A program made the translations under genes and the position numbers. The notes under the pieces were generated by a model, which searched no databases, was not told the origin of the DNA, and saw only the letters and a list, made by a program, of their open reading frames with translations. From Octopus vulgaris (lineage: Eukaryota), in assembly GCA_951406725.2 (NCBI GenBank), contig OX597827.1, forward strand, positions 10,106,001 through 10,170,000: a stretch of 64,000 nucleotides of DNA. Direction: 5' to 3'. Below, in pieces: positions 1 through 13,997 of this stretch; within the stretch, counting starts at the first letter, position 1; every line of letters begins with the position of its first letter.

Positions 1-71
1 TTGCTTCTTCTGAGAATGCTTTTCATCACCATTAATTTCTTTTCTCATCATGCTCATTGTTTCAGTTTAGT

Positions 72-455
72 GGAGGCACAATGGCCCAGTGGTTAGGGCA
101 GCGGACTCGCGGTCATAGGATCGCGGTTTCGATTCCCAGACCGGGCGTTGTGAGTGTTTATTGAGCGAAAACACCTAAAAGCTCCACGAGGCTCTGGCAG
201 GGGATGGTGGTGATCCCTGCTGTACTCTTTCACCACAACTTTCTCTCACTCTTACTTCCTGTTTCTGTTGTACCTGTATTTGAAAGGGCCGGCCTTGTCA
301 CTCTCTGTGTCACGCTGAATATCCCTGAGAACTATGTTAAGGGTACACGTGTCTGTAGAGTGCTCAGCCACTTACACGTTAATTTCACGAGCAGGCTGTT
401 CCATTGATTCGGATCAACCGGAACCCTCGTCGTTGTAACCAACGGAGTGCTTCCA
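72..455 (+). mobile_element. tRNA-derived SINE, family A (full length)
   Basis: Head has pol III A/B-box-like motifs (TGGCCCAGTGG...GGTTTCGATTCC); near-identical copies at 13622-13997(-) and 20078-20451(+). Confidence 0.85.
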
Positions 456-504
456 CCACAGTTTTAGTTAATGGAATATCATTTTTGTCTAACCACTTCA
501 TGTC

Positions 505-1365
505 TCTTTTATCTTTTGTCGTATTTGTTTCAGTCATTAGACTGCAGCCATGCTGGGGTATCACCTTTGATGAATCTTTAATCAAATGAATCAATCCCTG
601 CTACATAACAATTTTTTAAAATTCTGCTACTGGTTACTAGTTTATTTACCAAATTACTAAGTTGTGGAGATGTAAACACATCACCAGTTGTCAAGCAGTG
701 GTGGGAGACAAACACAGATGCTGACATACACACAGAGAGCATTAGATTAACCATTAAGCAAAATAAGCACATGCTTAGGGCATCAAGGGAAGGAGGGGGC
801 ACCACAGAAATGGTAAATGGTTTACAGCACAAAAGAAATCACTTTAAACTTGCTAAAATAATATTCGTAATGCCTTTATGTCTATACTATATAAGATATA
901 CTATACTTTATAAGATATACTATACTAAGGGATACTATATAAGATATACTATATTAAGTATAGGTGCTGATGTGTTACCTAAGATTAACTTTGAGGATCT
1001 GATCAAAGATTTTGCAGTTCAAAAAAGTAGGAGGAAATATTTCAAATATAAATAAAGTGGAAGCATAAAAAAAATAAACATTATTTTCCATCTTACTGTT
1101 TTGTTTTGTTTTGAAAAATAAAAAAATTATTTTATGGTTTGTTATTGTTTATATTTTGAATTACATAATCTTTTATGGGGGCACCAAAATCTTTTAAGTA
1201 CTAAGGGCCTCGATGGGTCTTAATCCAGCCCTGCACACACACACACATAATGGGCTTCTTCTTTCAGTTTACATTTGCCAAATCCACTTGCAAGGCTTTG
1301 GTAGGCCCAAAGTTATAGTAGAAGACACATGCCCAAGGTGTCACATATTGGAACGGAACCCAGTA
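505..1365 (-). mobile_element. Degenerate family B SINE split by a hAT-like insertion
   Basis: 3' half at about 505-735 and 5' half at about 1234-1365 match family B and flank the hAT remnant. Confidence 0.6.
770..1233 (+). mobile_element. Internally deleted hAT (Tip100-like) DNA transposon remnant
   Basis: About 955-1054 translates to LSIGADVLPKINFEDLIKDFAVQKSRRK, resembling a hAT transposase C-terminus; right end TTAATCCAGCCCTG resembles a hAT TIR. Confidence 0.65.
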
Positions 1366-1564
1366 GCCTGCACTTAAGTATATATTCTTCTTGGGGAAAT
1401 CTCATATTCACTAAGTATTGGTGAACCCAAGAACTAGTAGAAGTGAATTGTGCAAGATGTACAGTAGAAATGAGTGTAAAACCCGATGGCTGCAAGCAGA
1501 TTTCTTTAGTATGGAACCATGTCTGTGATTTTTCAATGTTTTCCTATTAAGTTTTCTATATCCA

Positions 1565-1880
1565 TTTTTTCTTACACTTGTCTCAGTTACTAGACTGCGG
1601 CCATGATGGAGCACTGCCTTGGATTTTTAGTTGAATGAATCAACACCAGTACTTATAATCTTTTTGTATGCCTGGTACTTGTGTTACCGGTGCCTTTTGC
1701 CAAACTGCTAAGTTACAGGGATATAAACACACCAACATGGGTTGTCAAGTGGTGATGGAGGACAAACAGAGACACAATGGCACACAGACACACACACAGA
1801 CACTCACACACAAAAACACACATACACACTCACTCACACACACACACACACACATATATATGATGGGCTTCTTTCAGTTG
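1565..1880 (-). mobile_element. Family B SINE (5'-truncated, degenerate)
   Basis: Shares GACTGCGGCCATG..GGAGCAC tail, body and internal CA tract with other family B copies. Confidence 0.7.
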
Positions 1881-2048
1881 TTGTAAATTTAAATATATGC
1901 ATGTGTATGTGTTTATGTGTGTGTTTGTGTGTGTGTGTGTGTGTGTGGTATACACCTGAATGGAAGTATATAAAGTATACAGCAAATTTAGATATTGCAG
2001 AAAATGACAAATACATAGTAATTGTGTAGGTGTATATTATAAATATAC

Positions 2049-2127
<79 letters not shown>

Positions 2128-2438
2128 TATCCATACCTATATGTCTATATCTGTATTTACATCTATGTGTGCTTGTGTATGTATATACATATATAAGTAC
2201 ATTATACAAGTGTGTATCTATGTATGTGTATACACACACACACACACACACATATATATATGCGCACACATACACACACCAATGTATGTATGTCTGTAAT
2301 GAGACTACTGTTAGAGACCATATATTTCAGGTTATTCCAAAATTTTACATTTGCATTTTAGAGATTAACCGCCATATTGCTAACATTTATTCTTTACCCT
2401 TTCTTCCTTTTACCTTCTCTTCTTTTAAAACATTTCAG

Positions 2439-2587
2439 ATTATGGGATCATCCTGTTCCATGCCTTTGTCGAATACTGAAAAACAAAAACAAAATATTTT
2501 AAGAAAATGCATACAAACTAACTGAAGGCTGTAATAATGCAAGAGAAAAGCCATCAAAGTGATCAGTGTGGCATAAAGACAAATGGA
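2439..2587 (+). other. Candidate spliced exon of an unidentified transcript
   Basis: Long pyrimidine tract plus TTTCAG acceptor ending at 2438 and GTGAGT donor at 2588; ATG at 2537 reads MQEKSHQSDQCGIKTNG to the donor. No homology recognised. Confidence 0.3.
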
Positions 2588-2892
2588 GTGAGTGAAGTTA
2601 CGAAAAGTCTTAAAAGGGGTCTCTATATTTAGATATGACACATTTTTTAATGCGGTCTGTTGTGCCACGATAAAAGTGTCTGCTGCAATGTTGTTCAGTG
2701 AAAGTGATTGGCATTATTGAATGAATTCAACTGCAAAATGGCATTGCTATGATAAAACTTCCCATCAGCCGATCAAAATATATGAGAGCTGAAGAAAATG
2801 GAAGTCACATGGTGAATGTAGAAAATATTTACATGCATATAGAAACAGATATAAATATTACATTTGTGCGTGTGGTGTATGTTTATATGTTT

Positions 2893-3331
2893 CTTATTTC
2901 CTTATTGCCCACAAGGGGTTAAACATAGAGGGAACAAACACGGACAGACAAATGGATTAAGTGGATTATATCGACCCCAGTGTGTAACTGGTGCTTAATT
3001 TATCGACCCCGGAAGGATAAAAGGCAAAGTCAACCTCAGTGGAATTTGAACTCAGAATTTGACAGCAGATGAAATACCTATTTCTTTATTACCCACAAGG
3101 GGCTAAACACAGAGGGGACAAACAAGGACAGACATAGGTATTAAGTCGATTACATCGACCCCAGTGTGTAACTGGTACTTAATTAATCGACCCCGAAAGG
3201 ATGAAAGGAAAAGTCGACCTCGGCGGAATTTGAACTCAGAACGTAGCGGCAGATGAAATACGGCTATGCAGATGAAATACCACTAAGCATTTCAGCCAGT
3301 GTGCTAATGTTTCTGCCAGCTCGCCACCTTA
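2893..3331 (-). mobile_element. Family C SINE, partial tandem dimer
   Basis: Two consecutive bodies carrying the GCCTTTCATCCTTTCGGGGTCGAT..TAAGTACCAG domain (recalled as Deu/Nin-like); head at about 3331. Confidence 0.8.
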
Positions 3332-3787
3332 TGTTTATATGTTTCTCTCTGTGTGTGTGTGTGTGTGGTGTATGAGGGCATACATCCTCCTTCAAATTAG
3401 CAATAGTAAGAGCATCACAGTTTTAAAATTTATCCCTTGGTTCTGTTGAAGTGGCCTGTCTTGTGAAGACCCAACAATCAAAAGCCAAGACTTGAGAGAG
3501 ACTGCTATGACCTTGTATAATGCTCTCCATTCCTTAGAGTAAATAATAATTTATTAACAACAACAATTACAACAATAATGGTTTCAAATTTTGGCACAAG
3601 GCCAGCAATTTCAGGGAGGGGCATAAGTTGAATAATATCAACCCTAGTGTTGAACTGGTACTTATTCATCGCAAAGGATGAAAGGCAAAGTCAACCATAG
3701 CAGAATTTGAACTTAAAACGTGAAGACATGAAATGCCACAGAGTATTTTGCCTGGAATGCTAACAATTCTGCTATCTAGCCATCTTG

Positions 3788-3793
3788 ATAATG

Positions 3794-3827
<34 letters not shown>

Positions 3828-3930
3828 TAATAATAATAATAATGATAATAATAATAATGATAATAATGATAATGATAATAATAATAATAATCATATTAAT
3901 AATATTAATAATATTATTAATAATAATAAC

Positions 3931-3990
<60 letters not shown>

Positions 3991-4001
3991 TATAATAATA
4001 A
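3788..4001. repeat. (AAT)n microsatellite
   Basis: Directly visible. Confidence 0.95.
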
Positions 4002-4335
4002 AGAAAAAGCATGGAAGCAAAAAAATAATGTATGGTCAGTTTGCAAGTGATGTGAATGCCATGACAGATACAAAGGACCAGCAGTTATGGATGAGGAGGA
4101 ATGACCTGAAGATAGAGACAGAAGCACTCATATGTGCAGCTCAAGGACAAGCACTAAGGACCAACTATATGACGTAAAGAATACATAAGACTACCAATAG
4201 CATTAAATGTAGAATGTGTGGTGAGAGGAGTGAAACGGTATGGCACATCGTTTACGAATGACTGAAAATGGCACAATGTAAATACGAAAGAAGCCATGAC
4301 ATTGTGGCAAGAATGATCCATTGGGAGCTCTGTGG
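4002..4335 (+). mobile_element. R4/Dong-type (restriction-like endonuclease) LINE fragment, zinc-knuckle region
   Basis: Translates to MYGQF...DLKIETEALICAAQGQALRTNY*...CRMCGERSETVWHIV...HDIVARMIHWELC with stops; abuts (AAT)n. Confidence 0.8.
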
Positions 4336-4346
4336 AAGTCATTGCC

Positions 4347-4531
4347 AGCTTGTTGCTCTGGCAACGATCTCACTCGTATGGTACTCTTAGCACTGGATGT
4401 CAGTCACCGAGTTTGATTTCGACTTCGATTTCACTTGCCTCAACTGGTCTTCGCAAGCAGAGCTTAGAGTCCAATAAAGAAAAGGCACGCATAAGTGGAC
4501 TGGTTACCCCCTAGCATAGGCCACAAGGTTA
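4347..4531 (-). mobile_element. RTE-type LINE 3'UTR fragment
   Basis: Reverse complement matches about 49620-49770 of the RTE 3' end. Confidence 0.65.
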
Positions 4532-4547
4532 TGTATATATATATATA

Positions 4548-4752
4548 TAGTTAATCCAAACAAGAAAGCACAAAAAAACATAACAACGGAGGACGTGGAA
4601 CAAATATAGTATTATTGGACACTCAGGAAAGAAGGAAAGAAGGAGGGTTTGACGTTTTGCGCGGAGCTCTTCGTCGGAAACATAGGAGAAGGAAAGATCC
4701 AGAGAAGGGAAGACAGAGGGAAAAAAATCGCCAACGGTACACATGAGGTCAC
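4548..4752 (-). mobile_element. Penelope-like terminal-repeat remnant with decayed hammerhead motif (family P1)
   Basis: Minus strand reads GTTT-CCGACGA-AGAGCTCCGCGC-AAAA-CGTC-AAAC; homologues at 23140-23325(+) and 56897-57082(-); flanked by (TA)n. Confidence 0.6.
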
Positions 4753-4860
4753 TATATATATATGTGTGTGTGTGTGTGTATGTATGTATGTGTGTGCGTG
4801 TAAGTATGTATGTATGTATGTATGTATGCATGTATATATGTATATATATGTATGTATGTG

Positions 4861-4923
<63 letters not shown>

Positions 4924-5068
4924 TTATTTATACATACATATATGAGATAGAGATAGATAGAGAGATTGATAAACAAATAAATAGACAGATAGATAGATAC
5001 ATACATACATACATACATACATAATAGATAAATATCACTTCATTCATATACTCTTTCACCCATCCTAC

Positions 5069-5146
<78 letters not shown>

Positions 5147-6453
5147 GTAGTACATTTTTATCACAGTACAATAAAATACATCACCCTGAATTACAATACA
5201 TCACACTGCTAAAACATATTCTATAGAGCAAACATTCCCTAATCTGAATTTATCAATAAAGGTGTCTGCCATTTCTCAATGAAGGAAGTAATTTGTAAGC
5301 CTGCAATTATTAACACGGATGCTCCCAGAAGACAATTTAGAGACATTGCTAAAAGAAGCATCTGTTTGATAAACACTTTTGAACTGTGGACTCGCAAATA
5401 ATAAAGTCTCTGCTATTGACAGAACTTTCAATATTGCTTATTACACTGTGATAGAATATTCAATATATTAGTATAGTTTGACAAGTAAACAGGTCTTGGA
5501 GATAAGCAGCATTATCTTTACAGCGGAATTGGTTATTTGTTATTGCTGCATGCAACTAACAACATTGGCGAATATAATTATGGAGCAAAATATCTACGGT
5601 TGGCAGTCTGGTTTTTATTAAGCTGCTTTCATATCACAACACTCCATTATTTCACAATGGAAACACTATCTATTATGGAAGCAGTGAATGGACAAAAATT
5701 CTTACCTCATATTATGTAATTAAACTGTCATTATAGTATTCCATCAGATTTCCATTAACATGACATCAATGTTATATGTTATTTACTTTTTCTTTTGCTT
5801 TCCACACAGAATTCTTGGCAGTTTATTGTAGAGCACCAATAAGTTAATAGTAACATGTTTTGATGACATCAAAGAAGAAATGAAATTTTCATTATTGTCA
5901 CTGTTGTTATTGCTATTATTATTTTCACCATCATTACCATTCTCTCTACGTCTTCATTATAATTACGGCTGTTATTGTTATAAATATATTAAAACAGAAA
6001 TCTGTTACCTTTGATATGAAATTATCTACAAACTGAGTCAAAAGGGGTTTTTTTAAACTGAGAGTGGAGATTGGTTTTCTGTTTGATAACAATAGTCGCT
6101 TTTCATGTTACATCATATGACATCTACGTTATTGCAATAAGTACAATTTACCATTTATTCATCTACCCTGCTGTCTACCTCATAATTTGTATCCAGCTGT
6201 TTACCTGCATGCCAAACTTTGTCCATTTATCTATCTGTGCCAGTTCATATATCTAACAGCAAGTTTGTGTCTACCTGATCATCTATGTCTGTTTATCCTT
6301 CTATTTACTAAGTTCTGTCTACCTATCTCTCTCTCTCTCTCAGGTAACATATATCCACCTTTCTGTCTAATACTTATCATCTGTCCACCTAAATATTTAT
6401 CCATTACCATCTGTCCACCTATGTATTTACCTGCTAACTTCTGTTCATGTAAA

Positions 6454-6787
6454 TCATCATCATCATCATCGTTTAACGTCCGTTCTCCATGCTAGCATGG
6501 GTTGGACGGTTCGACTGGGGATCTGGGAAGCCAGAAGGCTGCACCAGGCTCCAGTCTGATCTGGCAGCGTTTCTACAGCTGGATGCCCTTCCTAACACCA
6601 ACCACTCCGTGAGTGTAGTGGGTGCTTTTTACGTGCCACCTGCACAGGTGCCAGGCGAGGCTGGCAATGGCCACGATCAGATTGGTGCATTTTACGTGCC
6701 ACCAGCATGGAAGCCAGTTGAGGCGGCACTGGCATCGGCCACGATTCGGATAGTGCTTTTTACGTGCAAGGAAGCCAGTCGAGGTGG
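6454..6787 (-). mobile_element. RTE-type LINE 3' end
   Basis: (GAT)n tail plus the GGTTGGYGTTAGGAAGGGCATCCAG block shared with the 9045-9616 copy, which retains the ORF end. Confidence 0.8.
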
Positions 6788-7009
6788 CTATCTATTGTTA
6801 ATCTTTTATACTCTCTATCAGCTAAAATCTCTCCATTTATTTACCTCAACACTACTCTATACCTTATTATCTTCTTGCTATCCTTTGACAATCTGTCTAT
6901 CTATCCACTCACCTCTGTACACCTACGTATACCTTATAACTACTAGCCACCTTCATATCTACACCTAGTCCCTTTGGTCCACATACCAGCCTACCCAATA
7001 ACTGTCTAG

Positions 7010-7610
<601 letters not shown>

Positions 7611-7898
7611 CCTAGTAAACAAATCTCCTTCCAACCACATTCTAAATTATTATCTTGGAAAAATATAATTCCACATTGGATGATGCAAACTTTGTGATAT
7701 GATACCTGAATGAAATAAGATGGATGGTCATAACTGGAATGCTTTTGAGCACAGGCTTGCCTTTCATCCTTTCAGGGTTGATTAAATAAGTACCAGTTAC
7801 GCATTGGGGTCGATATAATCGACTTAATCCGTTTGTCTGTCCTTGTTTGTCCTCTCTGTGTTTAGCCCCTTGTGGGTAGTAAAGAAATGGGTATTGGA

Positions 7899-8250
7899 GA
7901 TGGTGGTGGTAATGTTGGTTGTGATAGTGATAGTAGTGGTGATGATGATAGTGGTGATGGTGATAGTGCTGGTGGTGGTGGTGATGGCGATGGTGATGGT
8001 GGTAGTGATGGTTGAGGTAGTGATGGCAGTGGTAGTGATGGTGATGGTAATGGTGGTGGATGATGTTTGTTGGGACAGTGGTGGTGGCAGTGATCGTGGT
8101 AGTGGTGGTGGTGGTGGTGGTGGTCATGATGGTAGTGATGATGGTGTTAGTGGTGGTGGTGATGATGGTGATGGCAGTGGTTGTGACAGCAATGGGAATG
8201 GTGATGATGGTAGTGGTGGAGGTGATGGGTGATGATGGCGATGGTGGTAG
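7899..8250. repeat. Degenerate (GGT/GAT)n trinucleotide repeat
   Basis: Directly visible. Confidence 0.9.
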
Positions 8251-9044
8251 TATTTGTAGTGGTAACTTAGTTCAATCCCCAGCCAAATGTCACAACACTA
8301 ACCTCTTAACCTCGTTAATCTCTCCACCATTATTCTCTGTTTACAGTCTGGTCGCAAACAGAATCTAGTGTAAATATCGTATATGTCATTTGATAGATTT
8401 GAAGTACAGGAATTATTGATATCGGACATAAAAACAGTGATGTGTGATATCTGTTGCCACAGGGTGTGCTATCTTGCTGAATCTACTGCTCTGGAACGAG
8501 TATAAACATACAAACTTTAGGCAATAGCTATACACCATCATATCGTGAAGGAGTATGGGGTGCATGGCTTAGTGGTTAGAGTGTTGCACTCATAATTGCA
8601 AGGTCATGGTTTCAATTTCATGGGTCCGCAAATGTGTTGCTTAGCAACATTTTGTCTGTCTTTACATTCTGAGTTCAAATTCTGCTGAGACCGACTTTGC
8701 ACTTTCATCCTTTCAGAGTCGATAAAATAAGTACCAGCTGAGCACTGGGGTCAATGCAATCAACTAATCCCCTTCCCTGAACATGTATATATTTATATAT
8801 ATAAGGAAAGGCTGGGTGGTAAGTAGCTTGCTTACCAACCACATAGTTCCAGGTTCAGTCCCACTGCATGGCACCTTGGGCAAGTGTCTTCTACTATAGC
8901 CTCGGGCCGACCAAAGCCTTGTGAGTGAATTTGGTAGATGGAAACTGAAAGAAACCCCCATCCTATATACACACACACATCTTTTTTTGGGTTTCAGTAA
9001 TTATACTGCAGCCATGCTGGAGTACCCCATTGAAGAATTTTAGA

Positions 9045-9616
9045 AGGAATCTGGGGTAGAGGGAGACCCAGGAAGACATGGGATGAGGTGGTAAAACATG
9101 ATCTTCGAATGTTGGGTCTCCTCACAGAAGCAATGATGAAAGACTGAGACCTCTAGAGATATGCTGTGACTGAGAAGACCCAGCAAATAAACAGAGTTTA
9201 CAGCTATAACCTACAGAAGTGGCACATAAACAGCCAACTCAAAAGTACCTTGGATCATAGGGCGACATGCTGTGCTTGAGGAGACCTATTGAGTCAAGTG
9301 CATGAACATCAAAATCAAATCAAATGGAAATTTTAGTTGTGATCCCCGTGGCTGTGGCATGTAAAGAGCATCATCCAAATGTGACCAATGCCAGTGGCAT
9401 GTAAAAAACACCAGCCTCCTCTGGCCCCTGCACCGGGACACATAAGAAGCACTAACTACACTCTCAGAGTGGTCGGTATTTGAAGGGCATCCAGCTGTAG
9501 AAACACTGCCTGATCAGACTGGAGCCTAGTGCAGCTTCCTGGCTTCCCAGATCCCAGTCAAACCGTCCAACACATGCCAGCATGGAAAACGGACGTTAAA
9601 CGATGATGATGATGAT
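9045..9616 (+). mobile_element. RTE-clade LINE 3' end including ORF C-terminus
   Basis: Translates to GRGRPRKTWDEVVKHDLRMLGL (RTE C-terminal motif), followed by 3'UTR and (GAT)n tail. Confidence 0.8.
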
Positions 9617-9656
9617 ATGTGTGTGTGTATATGTGTATGTATGTATGTATACAAAT

Positions 9657-9883
9657 ATATATGCTTTATTGAAAAGCAGCAAACATACCACAAAAACTGT
9701 TACTTGGAGTTTCACATTCCTGTTCATCTGAAGAAAACTGTCCAACGAACGGGAACATGAAACTCTGAGTAACAGATTTTGTGAGATTTTTGCTGCTTTT
9801 CAATAAAGCATATTACTCTACCTTTGGTATTCAAGTACTATTTTTCCCACCTTGTTTCGCACTTAAGTGCTTACTCTAGTATA
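9657..9883 (+). mobile_element. Palindromic Penelope-like remnant with decayed hammerhead (family P2, older copy)
   Basis: Imperfect inverted repeat at about 9657-9813 plus a tail homologous to 55051-55266; reads CTGT-CCAACGA-ACGGGAACAT-GAAA-CTCTGAG-TA-ACAG. Confidence 0.7.
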
Positions 9884-10179
9884 AATATGTGTGTGTGTGT
9901 GTGTGTGTCTGTGTGTATGCATGGATGTGTGCATGTTTTATGGTAGTTGTAAAGTAGTTACCAAATGTGCTAAGCAAGAAGGTTTTTAATCTAGTCTTGT
10001 CAAGGATATGACCACCTCTTTAGTGCTGGTGCCATGTAAAACTGCACCTAATACTTTCTGTAAAATGGCTGGTGATAAGAAGGGCATCTAAACATAGAAA
10101 CCTAGTGAAAAGTATAATGCATAAGCAAAACTGTAGTCCTCCCACTTCTCTTAATGAGAACAGATCTGGACTCTTGCCT

Positions 10180-10648
10180 TCTTATTTCTTTACTGCCCAC
10201 AAGGGGCTAAACATAGAGGGGACAAACAAGGACAGACAAAGGGATTAAGTCGATTACATCGACCCCAGTGCGTCACTGGTACTTAATTTATCGACCCCGA
10301 GAGGATGAAAGGCAAAGTCTACCTTGGCGGAATTTGAACTTAGAATATACTTCAGACAAAAAACCACTAGGCATTTCGCCTGGCATGCATACGTTTCTTA
10401 TTTTCTTATTTTCTTATTTCTTTACTGCCCACAAGGGGCTACACACAGAGGGGACAAACAAGGACAGACAAAGGGATTAAGTCGATTACATCGACCCCAG
10501 TGCATAACTGGTACCTAATTTATCGACCTTGAAAGGATGAATGGTAAAGTTGAGCTTGGCAGAATTTGAACTCAGAACGTAACAGCAGATGAAGTACTGC
10601 TAAGCATTTTGCCCAGCGTGCTAACGTTTCTGCCAGCTTGCCGCCTTC
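10180..10648 (-). mobile_element. Family C SINE tandem dimer
   Basis: Two near-identical bodies in tandem. Confidence 0.8.
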
Positions 10649-12718
10649 TGTCCAACCCAGGTCTGTGTGAAAAGTGGATGTAAAGTGAATAATTATAGTT
10701 GTTTCTAATTTAAGTACAAAGCCAACAATTTTGATGGGAGGGTACTAGTAAAATAATTAACCTCAGTCTTTGATTAATATTCAGTTTTATTGATCCTGGA
10801 AGGATGAAAGGCAAAGTTAGCCTTCACAGGATTTGGTCACAGATCATAAAGGCTCATAGTTGTAAAATGAGCATTGCTTTCATGCAGTGTGTTTCTAATC
10901 TTCTGTGAAAATACGTTCTGATCACGGGGTGTGGGGTTACCTTACTTGGAAACAGATGATGTTTTAGCAATAGGAACTGATTTTAGTCATAAAAATCTTG
11001 CTCAACGAATTCAGTCTGACCCAAGCAAGCTCAACAAGTGGACATTAAAACAATGATGATTATGATGATGATGATATCTGATTATATATTTTCATATGGT
11101 GTATTTACAAGTAATATTACATTCATAACTATTCTATGAACAAAGCAAAAAGATCTCCATACCTTAGGCAGTGTAAATATTTAATATATTATTTATATTT
11201 CCAAATTACAAGGCAAGCCTGTCTGAGGATTGGCCATACACACAGATATGACACTCAATAACTGAATGCTGAAAGCTGTAACTATAACTAATATATTGAA
11301 TATAATGTATGTGTGTGTGTGTGCACGTACATAAGTGTCTGAATACATGTGTAAACAAGTATTTAATATTCTTTAATCCAATCTATATTCTTAAAAAATC
11401 AACTTCTAAATAATAATACAGGCGCAAGAGAAAATTTTCCAGTCACCTGATTTCAATTAATGGTCCAATCAGGTTCACTTCATTTGTGATAATAATCTTT
11501 TCGACTACAGGTGCTAGGCCTGGAATTTGAGGGGAGGGATACAGTCAATCACATCACCCCAGTACTTGACTGGTACTCATTTTACCAACCTCAAAAGGAA
11601 GAAAGGCAAAGTCAACCATGGCGGAATTTGAACTCAAAACGTGAAGACAGATGAAGTGTCACTAAGCATTTTTCCTGGTGTGCTAAAGATTCTGCTAGCA
11701 TGAACATCACTCAATCTCATTTCTTCTTTGTACTCAAATATAGAAATTTTACCTTTTGTCCACAAAACCCCACTATTTTATGCAGCTAAAACATAATCTA
11801 GTGTTTGTTAAAAACTATATTTATTTTTATTTTTAATCATGATGTAATGCAGATTATTAAATGAATGGAAATCTCAGTCAAATTAAAGAATCAGGGATTA
11901 TAAATACATATTATTATACAAACATTTTGTGATTATCAACAGGCAGAACACATAATTCTATTTGCCGCCTTTCATCTTTGTGGAGAATAAATAAGTGCTT
12001 TTATATTTAGAGAAGTTATCTGTCAAATTCCTATTGAATATTTGTCACCTATTTATAATTGTACAGAAACCTATGTAAAGCATTGAATCTATAGAACCCT
12101 AGTGGTTTGCAAAAGAATAGTCTTTTATAATATGATACTGATGATGGCAAATCTGTTTGAGACCCATAGTAAGATGTATTGTCATCATATGTATCATTAT
12201 TAACAGGTTCTTACACAGTTGGTAGCTTCAAGTAATTTGTTCTTTCCTGATGACCTTAAAACTACTGCAGCCGTTGGCGGAAATGATGTTATCTGTTTGC
12301 GACAGGTTGAATTATATTTATTCAATGAGGCTGTATCATCATTATCCTTGTCATCGTGATTGTGTTTACCATCTTTACCAATCATTATTGTCATCATCAT
12401 CAATCATCATCACCATCACTGTCATCATCTCCATTTTACCATTGCTTTACATGCTAGCATGAGTTAGATGGCTCACCAGGATCACACATAACAGAGAACA
12501 GTTTTGCTAAAGCATTTCAGTTCTGTCATGAAAAAATTCTATGACTGGATGCCTTTTCTAACAACCACCACATTACAGGGTATACTGCATACATTTTTCT
12601 GTATCTCCTCATATAAATTTTTTGTTCATAGTAGTATACTGTAATATAGAATATATTAATATATTTTAACCACTACTTTATATAATAGACAATTGCAAAC
12701 AATTTTGTTTATATATAA

Positions 12719-13108
12719 CTAGTAGTATCGCCCGGCGTTGCTCGGGTTTGTAAGGGAAATAACTATATAAGCATTTTTAGAGATGTAAAGTATAATAGCC
12801 ATCTCAATATGGCTAACCACAAAGGGGGTACTGTAGCTTTTTACGTTCTGAGATTTAATAATAAATTTTTAGAGAGTTACTTCCCTTATATATGCCAAAA
12901 ATGCATTAAAAATGGGAAAAATTGATGGTAAATTTTTTTTAAATCGTAGATTCATCATAGACACGCGCTAATACCCAGAAGGGCTCGATACAAATCACGA
13001 CTATAAGATACCCGCTTTTGGTTAAACTGCACCGCAAAATGTGGGAGTAGTTAGGAATCTAAATCGTAGGAGACAGACACCACACAACCTCACTTTTATA
13101 TATAAAGA
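12719..13108 (-). mobile_element. Non-autonomous Helitron
   Basis: Minus strand begins TCTTTATATATAAAAG and ends with hairpin CCCGAGCAACGCCGGG then CTAG; inserted between A and T with no TSD; homologue at 32640-33035. Confidence 0.8.
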
Positions 13109-13621
13109 TATCTTTATGAACAGATGATGTATCAGCTAACTAATTCAAATTCTGTGTTGTGATGTTATTATTAACTAAATACCCCTTTAATTTAGCCATT
13201 CACAGAAACACTGTTTCTGACTACACAATGACTAAGTGTTTAAAACAGACAAACCAATTTGCATGTATAATACACTCAAGTTAGTAAGATTTAATCTGTA
13301 TAATATATGTAAATTGGTCTATTTGATTTATCAAGCCTTTTGTAATAGTGGACTTATGTCTCATTTGTCTACTGGCACTGAAGCAAATACTCAGTTGTTA
13401 ATGAAATCTCAATGCAATATTGGAAGGGAAACTAAAACTCATCTGGCTGATACCTCTTTTTACTCTCCATGAAGATATACATGAAAACAAAGTGTTTACA
13501 TCTGTCTACACATACTGTGTTGACTAAAGATTTATAAATATATTCTATTGCACTTTATGATGCTGAATGAAAACATTGCTTCTTAGGAGTATTTTACTGA
13601 TCTATAGAGTAATCTCCTATC

Positions 13622-13997
13622 TTGGAAGCACTCCGTCAGGTATGACGATGAGGGTTCCGGTTGATCCGAATCAACGGAACAGCCTGCTCGTGAAATTAAC
13701 GTGTAAGTGGCTGAGCACTCTACAGACACGTGCACCCATAACGTAGTTCTCGGGGATATTCAGCATGACACAGAGAGTGACAAGGCCGGCCCTTTGCAGT
13801 ACAGGTATAACAGAAACAGGAAGTAAGAGTGAGAGAAAGTTGTGGTGAAAGAGTACAGCAGGGATCACCACCATCCTCTGCCGAAACCTCGTGGAGCTTT
13901 TAGGTGTTTACGCTCAATAAACACTCACAACGCCCGGTCTGGGAATCGAAACCGCGATCCTATGACCGCGAGTCCACTGCCCTAACCACTGGGCCAC
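13622..13997 (-). mobile_element. Family A SINE
   Basis: Reverse complement matches 72-455. Confidence 0.85.

Noticed and set aside
72-150. tRNA gene (also at 18145, 20078 and 57116)
   Set aside because: Only A/B-box-like heads continuing into SINE bodies; no complete cloverleaf could be built.
204-407. Recurring 67-aa ORF MVVIPAVLFHHNF... and recurring ASFSFRLPNPLTRLWSARG ORFs suggesting gene families
   Set aside because: They lie wholly within SINE copies, so recurrence reflects repeat identity.
12207-12305. 99-nt open frame VLTQLVASSNLFFPDDLKTTAAVGGNDVICLRQ as an exon, and its CTGATGA...GAAA as a hammerhead
   Set aside because: The acceptor has no pyrimidine tract and the donor (GTTGAA) is weak; hammerhead stems cannot be formed.
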